Shown here one piece after another: positions 13,460 to 26,395 of a DNA stretch of 49,654 nt. The translations under genes and the position numbers were made by a program. The DNA comes from Welwitschia mirabilis. Taxonomy: Eukaryota. The DNA lies in contig JBOZIK010000001.1 in NCBI GenBank assembly GCA_051453625.1, forward strand, positions 23,473,135 through 23,522,788. The letters run 5' to 3'. The notes below the pieces were generated by a model. That model saw only the letters and a program-made list of their open reading frames with translations. It searched no databases and had not been told where the DNA came from. Each line of letters begins with the position of its first letter. The first letter of the stretch is position 1.

Positions 13460-15550
13460 CCCCAAAAAAGAAAGAATCTAAGACGATGTCTGAAATAGGA
13501 GCAAATAACTTATGAATAGAACATGATTTGATGGGTAAGAGAAAATAAGAAGGAAGAACATCAAGGAAATTTTTTATGCTATGCCTATGAAGTTATGTAA
13601 GAAATAAATGTGGGGTTAACCTCATGTCATGTCCATAAAATACAATTAAGAGGTAAATAAGTAAGAGAGGGAAGCAAGGAAATTGGAATTTGATGTAATG
13701 TCTTAGAAAATATCAATTATGTTAAGGGGAAGAACAATTTGATATATATGTGAAGATAGGAAAAAGTACAGGAGAGTATTCTCTTTAAAAATAATTATGA
13801 ACTAAGGTGAGGAAAGAAGGCTTAGTTTAGTTCCTTGAAGATATATGAATAAGTTATTTTTTATTATTCTACTCAATTCAATATTCTACACAAATTCCTT
13901 TTAGTGTATAAAATATAATAAAATGACACAAATATTCTACTTAATTTTGTATTATTCTTAAAGTGAGCAAGTCATAACCATCTTTCATATCATTTTTGCT
14001 TGTTTGGTTTCTACTACTTATCTCCAAGTAATATTTTGTTTAGATTTACTCCATTTATTATTACCTATGAAATATGGCTTAGATCTTTTTATTAATTTTT
14101 TCCATCTTTTCGACTTAGTATTCATTTAACTCTTTTTTCTCTAGAATTTTTGCATTTATATTTATTATAATAAAATTTTATTTCTTTTTAATAAACAAAG
14201 CATCACATGAGGATTTCATGTGATATAGGAGAATATATTATGTTTTTCTTATAGAGATTAATTTTACTTCAAAGTTCTGTTATAATCTATTTAATTAATA
14301 GGTTAGGTTTACAAAATTTATTTTAGTTAATAGAAATATGATTAAATTCTTATGTTAGGTACCTTTCTATTTTAAAAACTATATAGTGATTTCTAAAATG
14401 TTAGTAGTTTGTTCTATTAATTTTTTAAATTACTTTATAATAAATTTTGATGCATCATTTTCTAGTTATTATTAATGACACCTAGATATTATTCTTACTT
14501 TAAAATAATCTATGATGTCTTATGATGATATTAAATTATAAAGTCCGAGTGGCATATCTTAAAATTAAATCCCATTTATATATATTTGACAAAATGGCTT
14601 TTTTAAGCATTATAGAATTTCATTTTCTTTCTCATAAAAATCAATCAACATTTATCTAGCAAACGCCATGAAGTTTTCATGCATGAATTTAATTCTAGAT
14701 TAAATGGATTGAAGATCTATTCCACATGCACTCTAAATCCACAAAATGAAATTGATTTCTAGAGTAAAATCCCTTATCTCTATGTTAAGTTTGGTGATAT
14801 CTAGTTATGATCCTAATGAATACTTGCTTATTTTCTTTTGTTTATTTTGGAGTCTTCTCATAATTGCATTTAATAAGTTTTCACTCCTCTCTTTTGTTTT
14901 TATTGTTAGAATATCTATGATGTGTAAACACTCCAAATTTATTCTTATTTCTTAGGGGATTTTAATGTATTTCTAGCATTTCATAGTAATGAAAAATTTG
15001 TGATATTATTTCTTTAGCATTGCTTCATGAGCTAGTTTGTCTATGGTTTAAAAATGATTTAACCTTCCCATGATTTTGCTATCTATCATGGATTTTCATA
15101 TAGTGATTATGTTAATATTTTATTTATGTTTAATCAATAGTATTAAAATGTGATCAAGATGAAGTTAAAATGTTTTTGAAGCTTTGAATTAAATATCTAT
15201 AGAACCATATGTAGGTTATGTCTTGAGTTCTATGGAACTCGTGTTTTTTTTCTTGTTTTCTTCAAAATTTATTTGCATTTTGATATCATGATGTTATTAT
15301 ACATATCATATAGAATCTTTATAATAGTTGTATTTTTAAAAAAGTAAGTAAAATAAAAATATATTATAATAACTATGTACATAATTAAGATAGCATTATA
15401 AAATGGGCTTTTAATATAATTACATAGTTCCTTAGGTAACTTTTGATTTTTGAGTTGTAACATTTAGTAAATACATTTAGATAAATAAAATAATTAAAAA
15501 AACATTAAATCAGGTTTTATGTATAAAATATTTGACAACATGTTTGAATT
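13460..15550 (-). mobile_element. Highly degraded L1-type LINE ORF2 remnant
   Basis: Weak motifs in the expected order on the minus strand: KTSWRLL (~14655-14680), PLGLYNL for RPISLCN (~14530-14555), S*VIINGV (~14045-14072), HLFLT*LHRHSI resembling zf-RVT (~13570-13610). Confidence 0.45.
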
Positions 15551-16413
15551 TGTNNNNNNNNNNNNNNNNNNNNNNNNNNNNNNNNNNNNNNNNNNNNNNN
15601 NNNNNNNNNNNNNNNNNNNNNNNNNNNNNNNNNNNNNNNNNNNNNNNNNNNNNNNNNNNNNNNNNNNNNNNNNNNNNNNNNNNNNNNNNNNNNNNNNNNN
15701 NNNNNNNNNNNNNNNNNNNNNNNNNNNNNNNNNNNNNNNNNNNNNNNNNNNNNNNNNNNNNNNNNNNNNNNNNNNNNNNNNNNNNNNNNNNNNNNNNNNN
15801 NNNNNNNNNNNNNNNNNNNNNNNNNNNNNNNNNNNNNNNNNNNNNNNNNNNNNNNNNNNNNNNNNNNNNNNNNNNNNNNNNNNNNNNNNNNNNNNNNNNN
15901 NNNNNNNNNNNNNNNNNNNNNNNNNNNNNNNNNNNNNNNNNNNNNNNNNNNNNNNNNNNNNNNNNNNNNNNNNNNNNNNNNNNNNNNNNNNNNNNNNNNN
16001 NNNNNNNNNNNNNNNNNNNNNNNNNNNNNNNNNNNNNNNNNNNNNNNNNNNNNNNNNNNNNNNNNNNNNNNNNNNNNNNNNNNNNNNNNNNNNNNNNNNN
16101 NNNNNNNNNNNNNNNNNNNNNNNNNNNNNNNNNNNNNNNNNNNNNNNATTTGTGAATTGGTTAATTTTCCTCTTTGTTTGATTAGTTTATTTTTAGGATC
16201 ATAACAACACCTTCAACAAGATCAAGTAAGAGAAAATGGTAAGAACAATAAGATCCTTGAGAACCAATATAGTAAGAATAATTTTTAAGTATTTAGATAA
16301 TAACAACTCTAGAAAACATAAAATAAACATTCAACCTTACGTAATCAAAGAATAATGCTTCAATGAGGAAATGTTTGCTTATATGGAAAAAAGTAAGAGA
16401 TGACTTAAAAGCA

Positions 16414-16510
16414 ATGAGAGATGTCATACACACTAATACAACAATCATCGAGACACTATTATAGCATGAGAGATGTCATATACACTAATACATCAATCAT
16501 TTAGACCCTA
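16414..16510. repeat. Two-copy tandem repeat, 52-bp period
   Basis: atgagagatgtcataYacactaataca(a/t)caatcat begins at 16414 and again at 16466, not next to a gap. Confidence 0.85.
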
Positions 16511-18099
16511 GCAATACATTAGACAAAACAACTCTAAATGATGTATGAAAGAATATTCTAAATGGAATATTACACGACTGGTAATCACAATTATATTAAT
16601 GATGGAATAAAACATAAATCTAATCACAAATTAAAGTATATTTACAGATTATTCAAACATAATTACAAATAGCAGTTTACTATATAAGTAAAATTTAGAA
16701 TGGAAAAGGTAGATGCCTCATAAAACAATTATTTCCTCATGCCTAAGAAGAGAGAAAGAAGGATTAGAACGTCATGACAAGACAAGCCTTTATCCTAGTC
16801 ATGGAAAATTTAGATCTAAAAGAATAGAGTTTAAATGTAAAAAGGGATAGAATCCAATATAAACTAAAATACCTTCAACCCTAGAGGTAGGCATACAGAA
16901 AAAGGTTAGATTACTAATTACATTAGTACATACTTGGTAAATCTAAATAAGTAACATTTAATCACTAATAAATTTCTTGGGCATTAGGATTAATCACATT
17001 AATTCTTAGTCTTATTAAGGTCTTATTTAATTATTTGACTATTAAATTAATTCTATCCCATGTTGTAAGTTTAATTCACACATANNNNNNNNNNNNNNNN
17101 NNNNNNNNNNNNNNNNNNNNNNNNNNNNNNNNNNNNNNNNNNNNNNNNNNNNNNNNNNNNNNNNNNNNNNNNNNNNNNNNNNNNNNNNNNNNNNNNNNNN
17201 NNNNNNNNNNNNNNNNNNNNNNNNNNNNNNNNNNNNNNNNNNNNNNNNNNNNNNNNNNNNNNNNNNNNNNNNNNNNNNNNNNNNNNNNNNNNNNNNNNNN
17301 NNNNNNNNNNNNNNNNNNNNNNNNNNNNNNNNNATATATATATTATTTTACTAAACTTCATGAGGCAAAATATGTAAAAATATAAGTGTAAACATACCCT
17401 TAACTAGCAACAAATAATATGCAAAAATAAGTTTAGAATACTAATTGAATTTTTTTTAAAAGTAGCATATTTGTGCTAGAAAATAAATGATCAAATGAAT
17501 TTTAAAAATTTAACTTTAATTTAGATCCATTCTATACATTAAAGTAAATTAAGACAATGGATAGAATTGCAAAATAAGTAAAATTTTATAGCTTTTTCAA
17601 TCCAATTTAATTTACAAGTTTTGATTTTTCATCTTTTTAAAATTTGATAAAGTAGAAAAAAATGTTTATTTTGTTAAGTTAAAGTAGGGTGAAAATCATT
17701 AATGGAATTAGATCTATTTCAAACCAAATAGTGATAAATATTTTTGCATAGAAAGTTTAGCGTTTAAAACAGAAGGATAAGTAGGAATCCCTAAAGTAAG
17801 AATTACTAAAAAAATACAGAATAGTATTGAACATTTATAATAAGTAGCTAATGAGATTAAGGTAGGTATTCCTATTTCCATCAAAGAAGAAGCCTCCTTG
17901 GAATCATTTTTTGAAGATGAAGTAGATCATAAACAAGCTCTAGTTTTACAAATTAATCATAATAACTTTTAAGATTTGAATAGCTTTTAAGAGGTCTTAC
18001 AATGGGTTGTAATGGAAGTGATACCACTTAAATATTTAAAAGGATAAAGTGAAATAAACCTATACTACCAAATATTAGATAATCACTAAGTGCTAATAA

Positions 18100-21000
18100 G
18101 AAAATAGATCAAGGTCTTCTATCATCTTAAGCTATCTTAATGTTTTACATAAATGGAATGAAAAAGCCTTATCATCTAGGCATCAATGAAAATCCTTAGT
18201 TAGAATGTGACAGATACTAATGGCTCCTCACATTCCTCCACCATGGAAGATTACTAAAGAATGAAGTATCAGAANNNNNNNNNNNNNNNNNNNNNNNNNN
18301 NNNNNNNNNNNNNNNNNNNNNNNNNNNNNNNNNNNNNNNNNNNNNNNNNNNNNNNNNNNNNNNNNNNNNNNNNNNNNNNNNNNNNNNNNNNNNNNNNNNN
18401 NNNNNNNNNNNNNNNNNNNNNNNNNNNNNNNNNNNNNNNNNNNNNNNNNNNNNNNNNNNNNNNNNNNNNNNNNNNNNNNNNNNNNNNAAACTAAATTTTA
18501 GATAAGGTCTCAATAAGTATCTTACAAAGTTTTAAGTCTTTTTTTAATGGAAAGTAAGTTTAATTCAATTTTAAGATGAAATTAAAAAATGATGATTAAT
18601 AGTAAAACATAGAAATTATAGTTTTCTTCAAGTAGTGAGAGGTGAGAGTTTATGCACTTATTAATGCTTTAGTTATAGGCTGTAATTTCATTTGAACTAA
18701 TTTAATAAAGGAACCCTCTATAATTGAATTAATATTAAACCATTTTATATGTTTCTAATCATGGTTAAATGTTTTTCTTATGGCTATTATTCACAAACCC
18801 ATTAGAGAAAAGTTTGAGCATTGACCTATTATTCTTGAGACAGATGTAGTTAAGATTCTTTATTCACCTTTTCTTGGAAAAATATTTATTTTAATGAAAA
18901 TGAAGTCAAAGGTCTAGTCACATGATGTGAAAATAACAAGTTGTATAGCATAGTATAATTTTCTTAAAAACTAAAATTTCTTCATGAATCATTAATAAGT
19001 TGGAAAAAGAAGCATTTGTTGAATTAGAAAGCTAAAACAATTAGATTTCATAAAATAAATTATAGATGTATACAATTATATCTCTTTAAGAAATTATCCA
19101 AAATCTAAAGAGTAATTCGAATGATCACTTATTAATGAATGTAATAAAATCATCAAATGTAAAAAATTTACTAGTAGAACTATGCAAAAATTAGCTATCT
19201 TTAAGTAGGAGACGAAAATCCAACTTTTTTTCATACTTATGCAATCATAGAAAATGTTAAATTCCATAATATTTAGATGGCAGATTATGATGGTAATCTC
19301 TAAGAGGAAACATAGTAGATGGTTAAGATAGAAATTAATTTTTATATAGCATCAGTCAATAAAGGTATTCACAGGTCTCTAGTGTGAGTAATAAAAGTGG
19401 TTGATTGTATTAAAAATAGATTATCTAAAAAATATATCATACATTTAAATCATTAACCCACTATGAAAGAAGTGAAGAAATTTTTTTTAAGTATTCCTAA
19501 GAATAAACACTAAGTATAAATGGGTTTTTAATGGATTTTTTTAAAAAGTATTAGCATATTATGGAAAGCATATATGTGATATGGTTTTTGAGTTCTAAAG
19601 AACAAATTTTATCTTACAAGAGTTGAATGTTATGTGGATTAAGTATGTAATTAATATAACAATTTCAAATTGCTTAATATTTTTTTGACATTATACAAAA
19701 TTCTCTCAAGGTTTTAGATGTTAATAATGTACTCCATTATGAGCACTTTAGATGAAGATGAGCAGGCATTTTTGTATAGATTTGTTTTAATTTTGATCAA
19801 ACTCTTTTAATAGAGGAGACTTTGCAAGACTTCTTTTAAAAAAAAAAAGGCTTTTTGTGGTGGTTAAACTATATATTATTAAAGCTTATTATAGGGTAAG
19901 ATGACAATATATGAATATAGTTATAATCAAATTTGATTTTGCAATTCATTAATTTTGAAAGTTAAAAGATTATTATAACGACTTAAGATTCTTAAGACTT
20001 ATTCATGGGAATGGAGAAGTGAAAGAACTAAGGCTAGAAAATCCTATTTCTTCCTTATTTTTTCTATTAATAGTATGAGGTTTGGGTATGTACTTAAATC
20101 CAAAACATAGTTTAGGGCTTATTTGTGGCATGAATCTACATTTGATTTTTCAGATTATACACACGTATAATTTGTAGATGATATGTTTCTTTTCATTAAT
20201 GAAAAGAGGAAGTTTTTGAAAAATTTTGGAAACTATCTTTTTTTTTTTTTAATTACTTTAGGAATTCATATTAATGTTNNNNNNNNNNNNNNNNNNNNNN
20301 NNNNNNNNNNNNNNNNNNNNNNNNNNNNNNNNNNNNNNNNNNNNNNNNNNNNNNNNNNNNNNNNNNNNNNNNNNNNNNAAAAATTTTGGAAACTGTCTAT
20401 TTTTTTTTACTTACCTTAGGAATTTATATCAATGTTTATAAAAGTAGGATCTATAATTTTAAAATAGATGAAGAGATATTTAAGGATTTTAAATAGATTA
20501 TGAATCATCAAGAGGATTTGTTACCAACTAAATACCTAGGAATCCCACTATTCTTAGAAAGGGTAAAAACACTAATTTGAAATAACTTTATTTATAAAAT
20601 TAATAACAAGTTAGCTAGGTGGAAATAATGTATTATTTTCCAAAATATGAAACTACAAATGATTAGATTAGTAATGTAGAATATCCTTGTCTAAATTTTT
20701 CTTCCTATAAATCTCTCTCTTGTGTGAGTTATTTAATTAAAAATTTGAAGAGATTTTTTTCTCTAGTCATGGTTAAGAAATATATTTCTAGATCTTTTGA
20801 GTTAGAAAACTTAATGTTAGCATTAAAAAAATGGTGGGTCACTGATTTAAAGATTAGAAATAGTTAATCTTTCTCTTTTGTGAAAGCTTTATTGGTAGCT
20901 TTATGTGATAAGTACAACATGGATGAAGTTCATATGAATAAAATATCTATATGGAGTTGAATTTTATCATACAATGCATAAACTAATGTAAGTTATAACT

Positions 21001-21560
21001 TAAGGAGATATTAAAGGGATTAGAACTTAATTTACATCTAATATTTCTATTCACGTAGGTTAAATTTAATGGACAAATATACTGTTCTATGATTTTGCTA
21101 AAGCATATACTTCATTGAATCCAAAATGACCAAATCAGAGGTACTTGGTGGAGTGAAGGCAGTTTTACTATCTTGTTAAAAAATATTTTATTTGAAAATA
21201 ATTACATGGATAAGCTTGGGGCATCAGATTCTATACAAGTGGAAGGTATTACTAAGTAGTGAGTGCTTGCATTGTAAAAATATTGAGAAGACTCTTAACC
21301 ACTTCCTATTATCATGTCCTTACATCCATCTTTTTTGGATTAATTTAAGAACTAACATTGCCTATTCTATGCCTATTTCATACATACTCAAAGCACTTCT
21401 TAAAACATGGCCTCATCTTAGAGAGAATTCAAAGAGAAGGAAAGTTAATTTTGTACTTCCATGTATTGTATTTAAACTTCAAAAAGCATGCAATAAACTA
21501 GTGTTCTCAAATAAAAGCCAATTGGCTGATATAGTGGTTTTTGAAACCCTTGAAGTATGA
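18100..21560 (+). mobile_element. Degenerate L1-type LINE ORF2 (endonuclease end, RT, zf-RVT)
   Basis: LNHFICF*SWL...EH*PIIL for LDRF...SDHxPI (~18735-18840), GDENPTFFH (19208-19234), KLYIIKAYYRV (from 19866), ELRLENPIS for GLRQGDPLS (~20025-20050), *FVDD (20168-20182), LPTKYLGIPL (20521-20550), CLHCKNIEKTLNHFLLSCPY (ORF 21192-21560). Left boundary uncertain. Confidence 0.9.
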
Positions 21561-22199
21561 AATCAACCTTTGTGATAAAATAAATATAGTGTTTTAAATA
21601 TTTTTATAGAATACTTAATGTTTTAATCTGTCTAGTGGAGTGTAACTATTTATTTTTTGCCTAGACTTTATGTTTGTTACTAGAAGCTTTTATTGTTTTC
21701 ACATGCTTTTAAACATGATTTTATGATTATTTCTTTCTTTATATGACTCGATCATTACATATTTATGTTTTTCTTTCTTTTTTTTTTTTTAATTCTTAAG
21801 ATATCATTAACTAAAGTTAGAAGAGGTGAATTGGTGATGTTACATGTTGATTTTTTTATGAGATTAAAGAGGAATTTATATATATTAGATTTTTTTTAGT
21901 TAAAAAGAATAGATATCAAAGCTAAAGAGTTAAATAATGCATTAGATACACGAAAAGAGGGACATAAGTTTCTAATAATAAACATAAATAGATATAATTG
22001 GTTTTAGACCAAAAAAATCTACAAGGTAAGGCTTCTTCTATATTGGAAACATATTATACATTTAATTCTTCATGTTGGTGTTTTCACTTTATGTCACAAA
22101 GGTCATATTCAATTTTGTTTCATCTTGAGTTAACCTAACCTTTCTTATTATTTTAGCTTATTTACTCTTTTTTAGACTTCATTCGGCCAAATTTTATTG

Positions 22200-23260
22200 T
22201 GAAGTTGGAGGAATCATAGCACAGGTTCATCAATGCTATTAAGGCCCTTCCCTACCATCCTTAAAATCTTTGCCATTATTTATGATTTTGTACATGCTAT
22301 AGAAACAAGGGTTTTAAGTATAAGTATTTGAAGCTTTATTAGGTTTTTATTGAGAGCAAGAACCTAGGATACTTTATTAGTGCTCTATAATTTAAAGGTT
22401 TTGCAAACAAATCTGTAAAGGTTTCTCATTTTCTTTTTAGTCCTATTTAGAAATCAGCATAGATGTAATGGAAATGTCTCTCTCCTTACTCTTGTGAATA
22501 TCTTGTAAGGATCCCCTCCTCTTCTTCTCTTGTAGATTTCGCTTCATGAATAACATACAAATTATTGTAAAACTCATTTACTTAGTTGGGAAATTACATC
22601 TTCTCCCTTTCTTGAAGAAGGATCCTCCATTTTATTTAATCAATATTTTATGAAAAAATAGTAGTTTATTATTACAAGAAATCATTAAATACTCCCTCAA
22701 CATTGAACTTCTTAACCATCAAAACATTTTGTTTAAAGCTCAATCCAACTAAGTAATATTTAACTATGATAGTAGTGAATTGTGATGCTAGTCTAGTTTA
22801 GAGCATTGTGAATAGTAACAACAAGACTTATAGCATGAGCAATGGATAAGGCTTGAGAATAGGTATCTTTATGAAAAAACTTAGTGCTAGAGCTTTGTAT
22901 TTATAGATGCAAGGATGAAATAATACCATTAGAAACTTGATTTGAATGGATGATCAAAATCTACTCTAACATGAACCAATCTAAATTAAAAGTTTATTTC
23001 TAGTAATAATACATAACTTGGATGAGAATCCAGAACTTACTTTTTATCTCTTATTTTAAAGAAGAACATTTATTGAATTTTTTGAGAAATAGTAAATATA
23101 TATTATAATTTAAAATAAGGGAAGATACAATATAATTGAAAATCTATTTTTCTAAGCTCTGCAAAAATCATAGTGATAATAGAAACCCTAAACATCAGCA
23201 TCTAATTTAGTCAACCCTAGATCCTAGTTCCAATCAGATATAGGCTTAATACTAGCATAC
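22200..23260 (-). mobile_element. Internally deleted L1-type LINE ORF2 fragment
   Basis: Minus strand LDWFML for LDRFL (22967-22984), STKFFH (22871-22888) and FFKK (22608-22619), in the right order but closer together than normal. Confidence 0.55.
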
Positions 23261-23559
23261 CTCAAAGGGTTTACAACAAAATAGTATTTGTTAAGGGAAA
23301 AATTGGGAGGATGCATTTGTACAAGTGGACTGACAGTAATAGGTTCAACTTCCTCTTTTTCCTACTTTTTATTCTTATTATTGTTGCTCTATTTCCTTCA
23401 TATAAGGCTAGTAATGTTCTTTCTCTTTTGGAATATCACTAGTGCACCCAATAGGCATAGGAAGATTGCACTCTTTATCACTCTAACTGTATTTGGATGG
23501 CCTCCACAGTAGCATCTTTTGAATAGGTCCTCTTAGAATATCTTACCAACTAAGAAATC

Positions 23560-25755
23560 CATCATTTATCTTCATTTTTCTTTGATATAAAATCTAAATT
23601 AATTATTCTTACATTACCTATTAACTTTAGAAAGAGTAATGAGAGAATATAAGATGAAGAAATCAATATCTATCTAAAATTCNNNNNNNNNNTATTTTGT
23701 TAAAGTGTCATTCTAAGATGAAATACTTTATAATTAAAGTATGTCAATATTTAAAAGGCCTTGGAATATCTTTTCTTTTGTAGCTTCCTCTCCTTTTTCT
23801 CAAAGTTTTTCCTATTAATATTTTAAATTATGGCACTATGGATGCTTTATAAGCACCCCTTTTAGGCTTAATACCCTACAATCTTATGTGGATGGCATTA
23901 CTAATGGAAGGAATATCAATAAAAATGATAGTATTACGTTTGTAGGTATATCTACCATTTTAGTTTTTAAAGAAATCCTTTAAGAGATCTAGATCATAAC
24001 TCCTGAGTCTTAGCACATAAGAATCCCATCCTATAACTTAGAAGGTTTCCTAAGTTTGATCATGATTTGATAGTGTGTTGTGTCTAGTTGGTTCTATTTT
24101 TAAGGGCTTCCCATATCTTCTAATGCATCAAATTTGCTACAAATGCTCCAATATGATTTCAACTCTCTTATCCAATGTATTTCCTGTGCTTTTTACTGCA
24201 CATTACCCTACATCTCAAATTTCGCTTTATTTGTAGGGTTTAAGCTAGCTCTTCTTTTATAAATGTGGATATCTTCCAATTCTCTAGTCTACTGAATAAT
24301 TTTGATTTTTAACTTTAAGAAAGAGATTTTTTCTTAATAAAATATAATGTTACATCTGTGTTTTCATAATAGCCAAGCTCTAATGATAATAAAGTTATTT
24401 TTCCTAAAAGAATTAAAGTTGTCTCAGCTAATAAGAAAAGGAGGAGATATATTTAAGGGCTTTCAACGATCTTTTACAAAAGAGTATTGAATGAATAAGT
24501 GATGTTTAGATTCATTATCTTTGTGACACATGGGACAATTCTAAACTACTCTTAAATTTTTCTAGATAAGCTTATCCACTTTTAGAATGTAATCCTTCAA
24601 CATATACCATCAAAAACATCTTAATTTTCTCTAGAATATCAAGTTTCCATAATTTCGTCCATCTGTAGTCATAATCAAATAGATTATGGTACATTTTAGA
24701 GATGCTTATTTTTCCCTTTTGAATTAAAAGAATTTTATTTTTAAAAATCTGAGACCAAACTTCTCTTGTGAAGTGAAGCATTTGCCTCTAAAAGATNNNN
24801 NNNNNNNNNNNNNNNNNNNNNNNNNNNNNNNNNNNNNNNNNNNNNNNNNNNNNNNNNNNNNNNNNNNNNNNNNNNNNNNNNNNNNNNNNNNNNNNNTGAA
24901 ATGCCTTTCTTTTTCTCTATAATTCTCCTTAAAAACCTTTACCCAAGGGATATTATTATCTATATAAAATCTATAATAGTGCTTAAAAAATGCATTTGCT
25001 CATGTCCAATGTTTTTCTTATCCTAATACCACTAGTGTTTTTTAGTATAGCTATTTGATTAAAGTTGATAAGATAGAGCCTCTTGTAAGATTTACCACCT
25101 AATCAAATAAAATCTTTAATAATGTTATTAATCAAGATAGTAAATTTTTTGGAAATAGGAAAACAACTAGTAGGGTATATGGTCATAATTATTAGACATG
25201 ATTTAGCTAGAATAACTTTGCCTATAATTGAAAGAAATTTATCATCTCATCTAGGCAAATGAGAAGTTATTTTTCTTACCAAAAGAGGATTATTTTTTTA
25301 GTAATTTGATTAGAGTCAAGAGGAAGATTAAGATAAAAATTTGGAAATTCTACTTGGGAGCATTAAAAAATCTTCAAAATGTCTAACTTTCTTTTCTAGG
25401 GAATGTTTATCAAAAAAATATTAGACTTATGTTAATTAATCATGATACTTGAGAACTTATGGAACTCATTCAAACTATTATGAGCTTGTTGATCCATAGG
25501 GATTCTAGAATCAAGACATAAAAGAGTGTTATCTATGAACTAAAGAATAGGGTAGGAGGAAGATAATTTAATAGATAAGATCTATTTCTAATAAAATAGT
25601 CTAATTAAAGAATCCATCACAAGAGTAAAGATGCAAGGGAAGAGAGGATCAACTTGGCTAAGGTGCTGCTTTCTTGAAAATAGTCGTATCACTCATTATT
25701 TAATATAATAAAAAAGGTTGGCATTAAGATACAAAAGTGAATAAGATGCCTGAAA
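23560..25755 (-). mobile_element. L1-type LINE 3' portion, copy 1 (RT C-half, zf-RVT, extension, 3' end)
   Basis: LSQVDPLFPCIF (~25625-25662), L*FIDNTL for QFADD (~25520-25547), LWKLDILEKIKMFL (ORF 24572-24781), CPMCHKDNESKHHLF (~24493-24538). Colinear with 26396-28480. Confidence 0.9.
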
Positions 25756-25855
25756 NNNNNNNNNNNNNNNNNNNNNNNNNNNNNNNNNNNNNNNNNNNNN
25801 NNNNNNNNNNNNNNNNNNNNNNNNNNNNNNNNNNNNNNNNNNNNNNNNNNNNNNN

Positions 25856-26294
25856 CCTCCGCGACCTTGAAAGTAGACATATTACTCACCATTGATCATA
25901 ATAGAGAATGTTAGCATTGAGATGCATAAATGAATAAAGTGGCTAATAGGCGTAGGGAGAACATCCTCCTGTAATATGTAATCCACTGTTTCATATTAAA
26001 CTATGTCAAATGATTAGGATATATCAAGCTTGAAGAACACAACAGACTTATTATTTTAATGGTTCACATGGATGATTTTGTTGGCTAGGATGATGTTGTC
26101 ATGTATGAATCTTCTTGGTATAAAACTAGATTGAGAAGGAAAAACCATATCTATAAGGATTACTTTAAGCCTATCAACAATAATTTTAGAGTGGATCTTA
26201 TAAAAAATGTTCTATAAGATGATTAGCTGATATTGATGGGGACTTTTTGAATCTTTTGATTTGGAAATGAGAATGATGAGATTATCATTCAAAG
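25856..26294 (-). mobile_element. L1-type LINE RT fragment between two gaps, probably a third copy of the same family
   Basis: Colinear with ~28390-28822, including the PISLCNV.YK and SQSSFIPRRFIHDNIILA regions. Its left ~90 bp is homologous to 25665-25755 but clearly diverged from it. Confidence 0.8.
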
Positions 26295-26395
26295 GNNNNN
26301 NNNNNNNNNNNNNNNNNNNNNNNNNNNNNNNNNNNNNNNNNNNNNNNNNNNNNNNNNNNNNNNNNNNNNNNNNNNNNNNNNNNNNNNNNNNNNNN

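Noticed and set aside
14640..14680. AFAD-like RT catalytic motif on the minus strand
   Set aside because: It needs a frameshift and conflicts with the order of surrounding motifs; the KTSWRLL frame fits better.
16150..17084. Possible additional LTR fragment
   Set aside because: It has an LTR-like texture but no confident termini, PBS, PPT or partner in the window.
23288..23520. 74-aa hydrophobic plus-strand ORF, or a LINE ORF1 zinc knuckle on the minus strand
   Set aside because: The hydrophobicity follows from T-richness, and Cys/His spacing does not fit a knuckle.
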